From: an uncultured archaeon | GTDB lineage: Archaea > Asgardarchaeota > Lokiarchaeia > Sigyniarchaeales > SOKP01 | DNA length: 64,000 bases | Assembly: GCA_964486045.1 (NCBI GenBank) | Contig: CAZALK010000020.1 | Location: 23,510-87,509 of the forward strand | Direction: 5' to 3' | Part shown: positions 52,060 through 60,856 of the stretch, piece after piece | How the letters are laid out: every line of letters starts with the position of its first letter | How positions within the stretch are numbered: position 1 is the stretch's first letter | Program-made: the position numbers and the translations under genes | The notes under the pieces: model-generated | What the model was told of the DNA's origin: nothing | Database searches by the model: none | What the model saw: only the letters and a program-made list of their open reading frames with translations

Positions 52060-52293
52060 TTACATGGGTACAACTATGTGTGTTTGAGTTCTATCAACAC
52101 CCTCAATCCTATGAAGCTTTGCTAGAATAGTTTTTGCGATGGTTTCAACATCCTTTCCTTCTACTTTTGTAATTATATCAATACCTCCAGTTACGCCATA
52201 AGTTTCTTTAACTTCTGGAATCTGATTTAATTCTTTAATAACAGATTCTACAAATCCAGCTTTAATTTTCATTAAGACAAAACATAACGTCAA
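52060..52293 (-). CDS. Lrp/AsnC ligand-binding-domain-only protein
   Basis: FVLMKI..G....V...L..IPEVKE.YGVTG..DII..V...I.GV..T.T.IV; TTG start after GGAG. Confidence 0.88.
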   Translation of the reverse strand: MTLCFVLMKIKAGFVESVIKELNQIPEVKETYGVTGGIDIITKVEGKDVETIAKTILAKLHRIEGVDRTQTHIVVPM

Positions 52294-52444
52294 TTTTTAA
52301 AATCTCCTCTATAATATTATTAATATAATTGTTAAAATTATCTTGAGAATTTATATTATTTTTTATTGTTTAATATTAAGATTGAATTGATATTTAATTG
52401 TTGGAAAGCTTAATCTCGGTTAATTTGATCACTTTTCTAATGTT

Positions 52445-53536
52445 TTAATAAATTATTCGGGGATCAATAATTGTATAAGCCACATCTGCTATAAGCGTTC
52501 CTGAAATTATTATAATTGTAGAAAATACAAGTATTCCCATTGTTACTGTGTAATCGCCCTCGGTGATAGCGATATATAAATAATATCCCATACCGCCATA
52601 ATTAAACGTGAATTCTACGAACATTGATCCCAAAAGTGATACTGCAATTCCTCCTGTGATAATGTGGCTTGTAGGGAGTATTCCGTTTCGAAAAGCATGT
52701 TTATTTATAACATCGCTTTCTTTAACTCCCTTAGACCGTGCAGTCCTAATATAATCCTGATCCAATACATCTAACATACTAGATCGGGTTTGACGGGTGA
52801 TCGAAGATAAAGATACAAATATCATACAAAATGCTGGCAGAATCAGATGAGTCATTGTATCTAACAAATAGATTGGATCATTGTATAAAATACTATCAAT
52901 AAACCTAAATCCTGTACTAACTCCGCCAAGAGGGATTGGAGTCGGTAAGGAGGGATTGTTTGAAAATAAGACTTGGATATAAACTTCACCATAAGTAAAT
53001 TGTCTAATTGATATACCCATAAATAATTGTACAACTATAGAAATATAAAACAGTGGAAGTCCTGCTCCTACTATGCCCAAATCTCGAATAAGGGCATCTT
53101 TTGGGGTATTTCTATCTCTTGCTGAAGCAATTCCTAATTTTATAGCAATGATAGGAACAACAACAATCGAGAATAGCATTAATTCAATGGTTCTTGGAAA
53201 AATAACACCTATAATATCAAGTACTTTTTCTCCTTGTAATATAATATAAGATTCACCCCAGTCCCCAAGAAAGAAATTTCTAATATATATGCTAAGTTGT
53301 ACATACCATGGATTGTACCAACCTATTCTTATCTTTTCTCTTTCAAGAGCTAGAATTGCATCAGGAGTAAGCAAGCCTAAATCCTCAAATTTACTCATAA
53401 TAGGATCGACATCCATAAGATGAGTTAAAATCCAAGTAAATGTTAAAACCGCAATTAAGATAGGAATCATTAGTAATATTCTCTTAAAGATATATCTCGC
53501 CATATTCTGGACTTGACGTGCCATTTTTTTCCTCAC
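52445..53536 (-). CDS. ABC peptide/nickel transporter permease (DppB/OppB type), copy 1
   Basis: YIFKRILLMIP, GDWGES, FPRTIEL, RQTRSSMLDVLDQDYIRTARSKG, KHAFRN, D..Y..IDPRI. Confidence 0.93.
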   Translation of the reverse strand: MRKKMARQVQNMARYIFKRILLMIPILIAVLTFTWILTHLMDVDPIMSKFEDLGLLTPDAILALEREKIRIGWYNPWYVQLSIYIRNFFLGDWGESYIILQGEKVLDIIGVIFPRTIELMLFSIVVVPIIAIKLGIASARDRNTPKDALIRDLGIVGAGLPLFYISIVVQLFMGISIRQFTYGEVYIQVLFSNNPSLPTPIPLGGVSTGFRFIDSILYNDPIYLLDTMTHLILPAFCMIFVSLSSITRQTRSSMLDVLDQDYIRTARSKGVKESDVINKHAFRNGILPTSHIITGGIAVSLLGSMFVEFTFNYGGMGYYLYIAITEGDYTVTMGILVFSTIIIISGTLIADVAYTIIDPRIIY

Positions 53537-53680
53537 TTTACAAATATTAATTTTGAAACCTTTTCTTAGCCAACTTACTTAAGCCTAGAAAATCCCCTTC
53601 TCTGCCTTGTTTAGATGATTTTCAATTAGGTTTTTTTATATTTCATAAGGATGGTTTAAAAAAAAATTCGCTGTATTTAG

Positions 53681-53713
53681 TATTTACGTTCTTTTTTCAA
53701 GATATTTACGTTC
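53681..53713. promoter_or_regulatory. Direct repeat TATTTACGTTC x2 (22-bp period) in the divergent promoter region; second copy at 55419-55451
   Basis: Copies at 53681-53691 and 53703-53713. Confidence 0.4.
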
Positions 53714-53858
53714 GTAATTCTTTACCCATTGATAATTTTGTATTTTTTTTTTTCAATAAGAGAGAGTAAATTTACCCTTGTTTAGAAAAGTAGAAAAACC
53801 ATCATCATTAAATAAAATAATAACTTTTTTATGGAAATTTTTTGATAATTTTATAATC

Positions 53859-54010
53859 ATGCATAAAGAAATTGAAAACTTAGTGGAAATATTTGTTGAA
53901 AACTATAAAGAAATTAATAAGGATAAAATAAATTGAAGTTTCCCAATTTTAGTCTTTGCAGATGCCAAAGATCCAATGTTTCTTCGATTAAAACATATAA
54001 TTGGTCAAGA
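53859..54010 (+). pseudogene. 5' fragment of the QueG-like Fe-S gene
   Basis: Aligns to 55597-55748; TGG>TGA nonsense change; truncated. Confidence 0.85.
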
Positions 54011-54013
54011 CCC

Positions 54014-54153
54014 TTACTCGGTGTAATAAGTTTTGGGATTAGAACATGCTGGATGGCTAACATAAATGCAAAAAAAATAAGAGAAATGTATAAAATCCCT
54101 GAATATTATGACATAAAACAAATTATTAGTTTAGGAGTCCCAGATGAAGAATC
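54014..54153 (+). pseudogene. Internal fragment of the nitroreductase gene
   Basis: Aligns to 50678-50817 (TCWMANINAKKIREMY.IPE.YDIKQ.ISLG.PDEES). Confidence 0.88.
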
Positions 54154-54162
54154 CACTATATT

Positions 54163-55748
54163 TCGGTCATTTTGATCACTTTTTTAATGTTTTAATAAAT
54201 TATTCGGGGATCAATAATTGTGTAAGCTACATCTGCTATTAGCGTTCCTGAAATTATTATAATTGTAGAAAATACAAGTATTCCCATTGTTACTGTGTAA
54301 TCGCCCTCGGTGATAGCGATATATAAATAATATCCCATACCGCCATAATTAAACGTGAATTCTACGAACATTGATCCCAAAAGTGATACTGCAATTCCTC
54401 CTGTGATAATGTGGCTTGTAGGGAGTATTCCGTTTCGAAAAGCATGTTTATTTATAACATCGCTTTCTTTAACTCCCTTAGACCGTGCAGTCCTAATATA
54501 ATCCTGATCCAATACATCTAACATACTAGATCGGGTTTGACGGGTGATAGTAGATAAAGATACAAATATCATACAAAATACAGGCAGAATCAAATGAGCG
54601 ATAGTATCCAACAAATAAATTGGATCATTATATAAAATACTATCAATAACCCTAAATCCTGTGGTAACTCCGCCAGGAGGGACTGGAATCGGTAAGGAGG
54701 GATTATTTGAATATACGACTGGGACATAAACTTCACCATAAGTAAATTGTCTAATTGATCTGCCCATAAATAATTGTACAAGTATAGAGATATAAAATAA
54801 CGGGAGTCCTGCTCCTACTATGCCCAAACCTCGAATAAGGGCATCTTTTGGTTTATTTCTATCTCTTGCTGAAGCAACTCCTAATTTCATAGCAATGATA
54901 GGAACAACAACAATCGAGAATAGCATTAATTCAATGGTTCTTGGAAAAATGACACCTATAATATCAAGTACTTTTTCTCCTTGTAATACGATATAGGATT
55001 CACCCCAGTCTCCAAGAAAGAAATTTCTAAGATATATGCCAAGTTGTACATACCACGGATCATACCAACCCATTCTTATCTTTTCTCTTTCAATAGGTCC
55101 AGATCTAACTTCCATCCAACCCTCAAATTTACTCATAATTGGATTAACATCCATCAGATGAGTTAAAATCCAAGTAAATATTAACACCGCAATTAAGATA
55201 GGAATCATTAGTAATATTCTCTTAAAGATATATCTCACCATACTCTGGACTTGACGTGCCATTTTTTTCCTCACTTTACAAACATTAATTTTGAAACTTT
55301 TTCTTTGCCAACTTACTTAAGCCTAGAAAATCCCCTTCTCTGCCTTGTTTAGATGATTTTCAATTAGGTTTTTTTATATTTCATAAGGATGGTTTAAAAA
55401 AAAATTCGCTGTATTTAGTATTTACGTTCTTTTTTCAAGATATTTACGTTCGTAATTCTTTACCCATTGATAATTTTGTATTTTTTTTTTTCAATAAGAG
55501 AGAGTAAATTTACCCTTGTTTAGAAAAGTAGAAAAACCATCATCATTAAATAAAATAATAACTTTTTTATGGAAATTTGTTGATAATTTTATAATCATGT
55601 ATAAAGAAATTGAAAACTTAGCCGAAATATTTGTTGAAAATTATAAAAAAAATAATAAGGTTAAAACAAATTGGGATTCCCCAATTTTAGCATTTGCAAA
55701 TGCTAAAGATCCAATGTTTCTTCGATTAAAACATGTAATTGGTCAAGA
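54163..55748. repeat. Tandem duplication copy 2
   Basis: Aligns to 52416-54010. Confidence 0.95.
54192..55274 (-). CDS. ABC peptide/nickel transporter permease (DppB/OppB type), copy 2
   Basis: Same motifs as copy 1; the C-terminal ~115 aa are identical. Confidence 0.93.
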   Translation of the reverse strand: MRKKMARQVQSMVRYIFKRILLMIPILIAVLIFTWILTHLMDVNPIMSKFEGWMEVRSGPIEREKIRMGWYDPWYVQLGIYLRNFFLGDWGESYIVLQGEKVLDIIGVIFPRTIELMLFSIVVVPIIAMKLGVASARDRNKPKDALIRGLGIVGAGLPLFYISILVQLFMGRSIRQFTYGEVYVPVVYSNNPSLPIPVPPGGVTTGFRVIDSILYNDPIYLLDTIAHLILPVFCMIFVSLSTITRQTRSSMLDVLDQDYIRTARSKGVKESDVINKHAFRNGILPTSHIITGGIAVSLLGSMFVEFTFNYGGMGYYLYIAITEGDYTVTMGILVFSTIIIISGTLIADVAYTIIDPRIIY

Positions 55749-56355
55749 GCACAAACTTCCAAACGAATTGATGAGCACTGCTCAAACTATAATTACATAT
55801 TTTGTTCCATTCAATCAAGAAGTAGTCCTTAGTAATGTTGGGGGTATAAAAGCTTCTCGAAAATGGGCGTTGGCTTATATTGAAACAAATAAGTTATTGA
55901 ACAATTTGACTCGATCCTTATCAAATACATTACAAAACAAAAATTATGAATGCTTTGAAATACCTCCAACACACAATTTTGATAAAACCACATTAAAAGG
56001 ATACTGGTCTCATAAGCATGTAGCTTATATTGCGGGTTTAGGAAGATTTGGCCTACATAAAATGCTAATAACTGAAAAGGGATGCTGTGGAAGGTTAGGA
56101 AGTTTGATAACATCAGCAAGGATTGAAGCTACAGAAAGAAAAATAAATGAATATTGCCTTTATTATCAGAATAACAGTTGTAAACAGTGTATTGCTAGAT
56201 GTACTTTCGATATACTTAAGGATGATTCATTTGATCGACATAAATGTTATAATGTTTGTTTAGAAAACGGTAAACTTTATTCTGCATTAGGGTTATCAGA
56301 TATGTGTGGGAAGTGTGCATGTGGTGTTCCTTGTTCACTTAAAAATCCTTGTTAG
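55597..56355 (+). CDS. Epoxyqueuosine reductase (QueG)-like Fe-S protein
   Basis: WSHKHVAYIAGLGRFG...LITEKGCCGRLGSLIT, C......CKQCIARC, CY..C, CGKCACGVPC; likely start ATG 55597. Confidence 0.8.
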   Translation: MYKEIENLAEIFVENYKKNNKVKTNWDSPILAFANAKDPMFLRLKHVIGQEHKLPNELMSTAQTIITYFVPFNQEVVLSNVGGIKASRKWALAYIETNKLLNNLTRSLSNTLQNKNYECFEIPPTHNFDKTTLKGYWSHKHVAYIAGLGRFGLHKMLITEKGCCGRLGSLITSARIEATERKINEYCLYYQNNSCKQCIARCTFDILKDDSFDRHKCYNVCLENGKLYSALGLSDMCGKCACGVPCSLKNPC

Positions 56356-56428
56356 TATGGGATGTCACTAACTTACTCCTTTTAAAATGGTTGAATTGAC
56401 ATGGATTTTTGGAAATAAAATAAAAAGA

Positions 56429-57583
56429 TTATTGCAGAGGATACACACCATATTTATGAGTAGCTTCGACCATCCACTTTATTCTTTGATATGTCATAGC
56501 AGGATGAGAATTGGAGGGTGATAATATATATCCTCCTCCCGGGCCTAATGCTTTAATAGCGTATTTAACTGCTTCTTCAACTTCTTTTTGTGTCCCTTTT
56601 ACCAGTATATGCGATGTATCTATATTTCCAAGTAAACACAATTTATCCCCTACTTTCTTTTTTACCAAATTTAAGTCAACATAAGGAGGCTCCAAACAAT
56701 GAAGACCATCAAAACCTGATTCAACTATAAAATCCAAGAGTGAAGTTATATCACCATCTGAATGAAATATAATTTTTCCACCCCATTCATGCACAGCTTC
56801 GGTTACTCTTTTCATGCAGGGTAAAACGTATTGGTTTATATATTTTGGATTGAGTAATGGTCCCGATTTAAATGCCATATCCCCTCCCTCAAAAAATATT
56901 TGTGCACCAGCTTCAGCATAAGTTTTAAACAATCCAATTACAAATTCAGTAGTTTGTTCAAAACGCTCTTCTATCAATTTAGGATTCTTACGTAACGCTC
57001 TTGCAAAACTATTCATTCCCATCCCTTGCCATACGGGGGGAAATACACTAGCAAAATCATCCTGTGCCATAAAACAAAAATCTGGATTCTTGAATTTCCC
57101 ACTTCTACGGATGATTGTTCTATACAGCTTTTTAGCTCGATTGTAAATCTCGGGTAAATTAGGTTTTGGATAATTATCCCAATCTAATTGATTCTTAATC
57201 ACACCATCAATATAATATGGAAAAATATGTCCATTATCATTTAATATCTTATAAACTCGACCAAAAATATCAGTCATTCTTTCTTTGCTCTCAAATTTGA
57301 ATGGGATATACCCGATTCCACAAGTATCATACCCTACTATGGTCGCAGTTTCTATGGCACGCAAGAAGACATTTATTTCTATCTCAGCTATTATGTTATT
57401 TACACGCTCAACCCAATCATCGGGATGTTGTTCCTCAAGTTCATCAATAATATCAAAAGCTGTTCTAGGTGGTTTCCCAAGTACTTTATCACAAATGTTC
57501 CCATCCACCGCGACGGCATGAATTGGTACTCTATCTACAGCCTCTAAATTTAAGGCGGACCACACTCTTTCTTTACTATTCAT
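56429..57583 (-). CDS. Uroporphyrinogen decarboxylase-family (MtaA/CmuA-like) protein
   Basis: MNSKERV..AL....DRVP, GDMAFKSGPLL.P, FHSDG, KLCLLGNID, GGGYILSPSN. Confidence 0.9.
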   Translation of the reverse strand: MNSKERVWSALNLEAVDRVPIHAVAVDGNICDKVLGKPPRTAFDIIDELEEQHPDDWVERVNNIIAEIEINVFLRAIETATIVGYDTCGIGYIPFKFESKERMTDIFGRVYKILNDNGHIFPYYIDGVIKNQLDWDNYPKPNLPEIYNRAKKLYRTIIRRSGKFKNPDFCFMAQDDFASVFPPVWQGMGMNSFARALRKNPKLIEERFEQTTEFVIGLFKTYAEAGAQIFFEGGDMAFKSGPLLNPKYINQYVLPCMKRVTEAVHEWGGKIIFHSDGDITSLLDFIVESGFDGLHCLEPPYVDLNLVKKKVGDKLCLLGNIDTSHILVKGTQKEVEEAVKYAIKALGPGGGYILSPSNSHPAMTYQRIKWMVEATHKYGVYPLQ

Positions 57584-57635
57584 ATCCCTCTTAAAAAGGA
57601 GTATATATCAGGATAAAAAATAAAACTAGAATAAA

Positions 57636-59066
57636 TTATTTTGGTTTTAGCTCAGGATTCCGTTCCAATTCTTTTCTCATTTTTTGAAGTTTCTCTCCAT
57701 GCAAATCGTAAAATTTAAAGAAAATGATCGCGCCTACAAGTGCTAATGCGGGAAATACAAACACTAATGCTTTTAACCCAAGATCTCTTAACGCTGGGTC
57801 GGCAATAACAGGTTCATAGCTACTCCACCCGGTTCCTGAAAACACAATAAAAATAGTTGTTATAACGAGAATTGTTGAAAATCTATGAATAAATGCATTT
57901 ACTCCATAATAACTTGCTGCTCGTTTTACTCCGAATTTTAATGAATCTTGGTCTATGACATCACCATGAATTAAGTCAATATAAAACAAAGCTGCTGATA
58001 ATCCAAAACCAATCGTAAAAAAAATGATCATCGCTAACGTTCTACTCAACGCATTATTTGATAGGAAAACTAAGGGAAACAATGTAACAATCCAGATTCC
58101 TAATCCAAGCATCAAACCTTTACGTGTTCCTATCTTAGCTCTAATCTTAGATTGCAATGGTTGGAAAATTGCTGCAGAAAGGAGTGCTATCATCAAGGTT
58201 ACACCAATCATAAGAGAACCCTCAGCAATACCTAAGATAAAGACAGCGAAAAGTGGAAATACAGTTAGTAACACATTAAAACAATACCAAACAAGCATAT
58301 TTCCTAGAGTAAACTTTAGAAAAGTCTTATTTGAAAAAGTAATTTTGATAGATTGAAAAAATCTTGGTCTTTTCTCAAACGCAGCTTCATTTTCCTCTTT
58401 TTCTTCGACAGATAAGAAAATAAATAATATCGACATAATTAGAACAATCACGAATAATATCATCCCTGAAGTAATATACATTGATTTAATGCTTGCAACT
58501 TCAGCTGTGTAGCCTGCTAGATCAACCAGGGGATCTATTGTTGGAACTAAAGGAGAGATAACTATTGTAGGAATAAGAGATGCCAGTATAACTGCAATCA
58601 TGGTAAATACCTTTATAAATATATTTACACCGCCCCTTTCTTTTTCAGTTGGAAACATTTCGGGAAACACAGCATTTGTATTGACTGAAAACATAGTATA
58701 GAAGAATTCAAATGTAAAAATTATAAAGATAAAATATACAAACTCTAAATTCGCAGGAGTAGTGAATAATAATACCATCATTAATGACAATGGTATAAAT
58801 GAAATTAATAAATAGAGTTTACGTTTTCCTAATTTGCCTTTCTGCTTAGTTCTTTCACTTAATGCACCTAAAAGAGGATCATTTACCATGTTCCATAATC
58901 CCCATAGAATAAAGCCGATCCACATCTCAAACATGGTAAGCCCCACAACTGCAAAATAAAATGTAAAAACATAAATAGTAAATGCTTGATATGTTAATTG
59001 ATCCCCAAATGCCGATGTAGCAAAGAGTAATTTCTGTTTTGTGCTTCTACTTAATCCTTCACTCAT
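57636..59066 (-). CDS. MFS transporter, GPH (MelB-like) family
   Basis: WNMVNDPLLGALSERT, GKRKLY, PEMFPTEKER, DVIDQD...G.KR...YYG; about 12 TMs. Confidence 0.92.
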   Translation of the reverse strand: MSEGLSRSTKQKLLFATSAFGDQLTYQAFTIYVFTFYFAVVGLTMFEMWIGFILWGLWNMVNDPLLGALSERTKQKGKLGKRKLYLLISFIPLSLMMVLLFTTPANLEFVYFIFIIFTFEFFYTMFSVNTNAVFPEMFPTEKERGGVNIFIKVFTMIAVILASLIPTIVISPLVPTIDPLVDLAGYTAEVASIKSMYITSGMILFVIVLIMSILFIFLSVEEKEENEAAFEKRPRFFQSIKITFSNKTFLKFTLGNMLVWYCFNVLLTVFPLFAVFILGIAEGSLMIGVTLMIALLSAAIFQPLQSKIRAKIGTRKGLMLGLGIWIVTLFPLVFLSNNALSRTLAMIIFFTIGFGLSAALFYIDLIHGDVIDQDSLKFGVKRAASYYGVNAFIHRFSTILVITTIFIVFSGTGWSSYEPVIADPALRDLGLKALVFVFPALALVGAIIFFKFYDLHGEKLQKMRKELERNPELKPK

Positions 59067-59224
59067 TTAAAATCACTAATGTTAACTAAAATTTTAACAA
59101 AGATAATTAAATGTAGTTAAATCTTGTTCTATTTAAAATTATTTCATTAGAGTTATTAAAAATAAAATCTTCTTGATCTCAAAATTATGGAAATATACAA
59201 AAAAAATGAAAGTGTAAATTTATT

Positions 59225-59809
59225 ATGACAGATTTAAATTTAGTAGTTACCTATTTTGAGAGGGGTGGACCTCATAATACTGATATGGCTTTAGAGATTG
59301 CAAAAAAATATGCTGACCAGTTTGGTGTCAAAGATATTATTATGGCTAGCACAACTGGTACGACAGCAGAGAAATCGGTTAATGTCTTTGATCCAGCTAG
59401 TTATAATTTAATAGTTGTGACACATTCGTATTATTTCACAGGAACAAATAACAGACAAGAATTCCCAGAAGAAAAAATTACTTCACTTAAAAATAAAGGA
59501 ATTAAATTTCTAGTTGGAACTCACGCTTTCGCAGGTGTGGAAAGGAGTCTTAGAATCGCTCTAAAGCAATGGGGCCCTGTGGAGTTAATGGCGAAATATT
59601 TTAGGACTATTTTCAGTCAAGGTACAAAAGTCTGTTTGGAGATAGCTATCATGGCTGTTGATGCAGGTTTAATAAAAGATATTGAGAGAGATGTAATTTG
59701 TATAGGTGGTACTGGGCGTGGCGCAGACACAGTGTGTCTCATTAAACCAGCACCCACTAGTTTATTTGACAAGTTACGAGTTAAAGCTTTCTTAGCCAAA
59801 CCGATATAA
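59225..59809 (+). CDS. Pyruvate kinase C-terminal alpha/beta domain-like protein (archaeal stand-alone family)
   Basis: YFE..G..NT, ASTTGTTA, VVTH, THAFAGVERS, QGTKVCLEI.IMAVDAG, GGTGRGADT. Confidence 0.88.
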   Translation: MTDLNLVVTYFERGGPHNTDMALEIAKKYADQFGVKDIIMASTTGTTAEKSVNVFDPASYNLIVVTHSYYFTGTNNRQEFPEEKITSLKNKGIKFLVGTHAFAGVERSLRIALKQWGPVELMAKYFRTIFSQGTKVCLEIAIMAVDAGLIKDIERDVICIGGTGRGADTVCLIKPAPTSLFDKLRVKAFLAKPI

Positions 59810-59850
59810 CAACAAGTCGAAAAAAATCTTATTTATGAGGATTAAGTTTA

Positions 59851-60669
59851 ATGAAGAAGGAATTTGAAGCCAACAAAAAATTGTGGAATGAGCTTGTAGA
59901 CATCCACGTGAAATCTAAATTTTACAGTGTCGAGAATTTTAAAACGGGTAAGACATCATTATTACCAACTGAAATTGAAGAAGTGGGTGAAGTAGAGGGA
60001 AAAACAATGCTACATCTTCAATGTCATTTTGGGATGGACTCCCTTTCTTGGGCTCGTAATGGGGCTATAGTAACAGGTATCGATTTTTCAGACAAGGCGA
60101 TAATTAAAGCGTGTGAATTAAGCAAAGAAATTGGTGTTCCAGCGAAATTTATCCAAACCAATGTTTATGATGTACCGAAAATAATTAAAGAGAAATTCGA
60201 TATTGTTTTCACCTCATATGGAACTATATATTGGCTGGACGATTTAATAAAATGGGCTAAGGTTATTAACCACTGTTTAAAATCAGGAGGAATATTCTAT
60301 TTTGTTGATGGTCACCCATTTAGTCATATGATTGATGAAAAAACAACTGATATACTCAAACTAAGTGAACCGTATTTTACTGATGGGAAGCCATTTGTTT
60401 GGGAAGAGGATGGTGATTACACTGATGAGGATCCAAATAACCCTACAGTTCTTGAAAATAAGCTGGAATATGGCTGGGGACATACTATTGGTGAGATATT
60501 GAACTCATTAATAGAAGCAGGATTAAAAATAGAATTTATCCATGAATTTCCATTTGGGTTTCATAGTTTTCATCCAGATATTAAGAAAGATGAAGACGGA
60601 CTATGGCGATTTCAGACTTTAACACCGAAGATACCACTTACTCTTTCAATTAAAGCGGTTAAAACATGA
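59851..60669 (+). CDS. Class I SAM-dependent methyltransferase
   Basis: N...WNE....H..S.FY, LHLQCHFGMDSLSWA..GA.VTGIDFS, FDIVFTSYG. Confidence 0.92.
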   Translation: MKKEFEANKKLWNELVDIHVKSKFYSVENFKTGKTSLLPTEIEEVGEVEGKTMLHLQCHFGMDSLSWARNGAIVTGIDFSDKAIIKACELSKEIGVPAKFIQTNVYDVPKIIKEKFDIVFTSYGTIYWLDDLIKWAKVINHCLKSGGIFYFVDGHPFSHMIDEKTTDILKLSEPYFTDGKPFVWEEDGDYTDEDPNNPTVLENKLEYGWGHTIGEILNSLIEAGLKIEFIHEFPFGFHSFHPDIKKDEDGLWRFQTLTPKIPLTLSIKAVKT

Positions 60670-60856
60670 TACTTAAGAATTTGAAAGTCTACTACTTAAA
60701 CTGCTTTTAGATTTTTACAATCCTCTTCTATTACGCTTAATATCATGTTTGAGTCGTCTCTGCGAGTTAATAATTCAAATGAACTCTATTCGAGACAAAT
60801 CTCAAGCAAATAAAATTAATACTTATATAAATTGCTCTAATAGTAAAATTCAACTA

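Larger units (their letters stand above)
52416..54010. repeat. Tandem duplication copy 1 (permease + intergenic region + 5' fragment of Fe-S gene)
   Basis: Aligns to 54163-55748 (offset 1747, then 1738 after a 9-bp indel). Confidence 0.95.

Noticed and set aside
53933-54175. 80-aa ORF as a novel gene
   Set aside because: Chance fusion of out-of-frame queG-like remnant and nitroreductase fragment at the duplication junction.
52416-55748. Diversity-generating retroelement TR/VR pair
   Set aside because: Differences are not adenine-specific, both copies are full genes, and there is no reverse transcriptase.
9929-56355. Complete reassignment of TAG to a sense codon
   Set aside because: TAG ends several genes at their expected family termini. 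Read-through at 23815 would overlap a convergent gene by dozens of codons. Internal TAA and frameshifts also occur.
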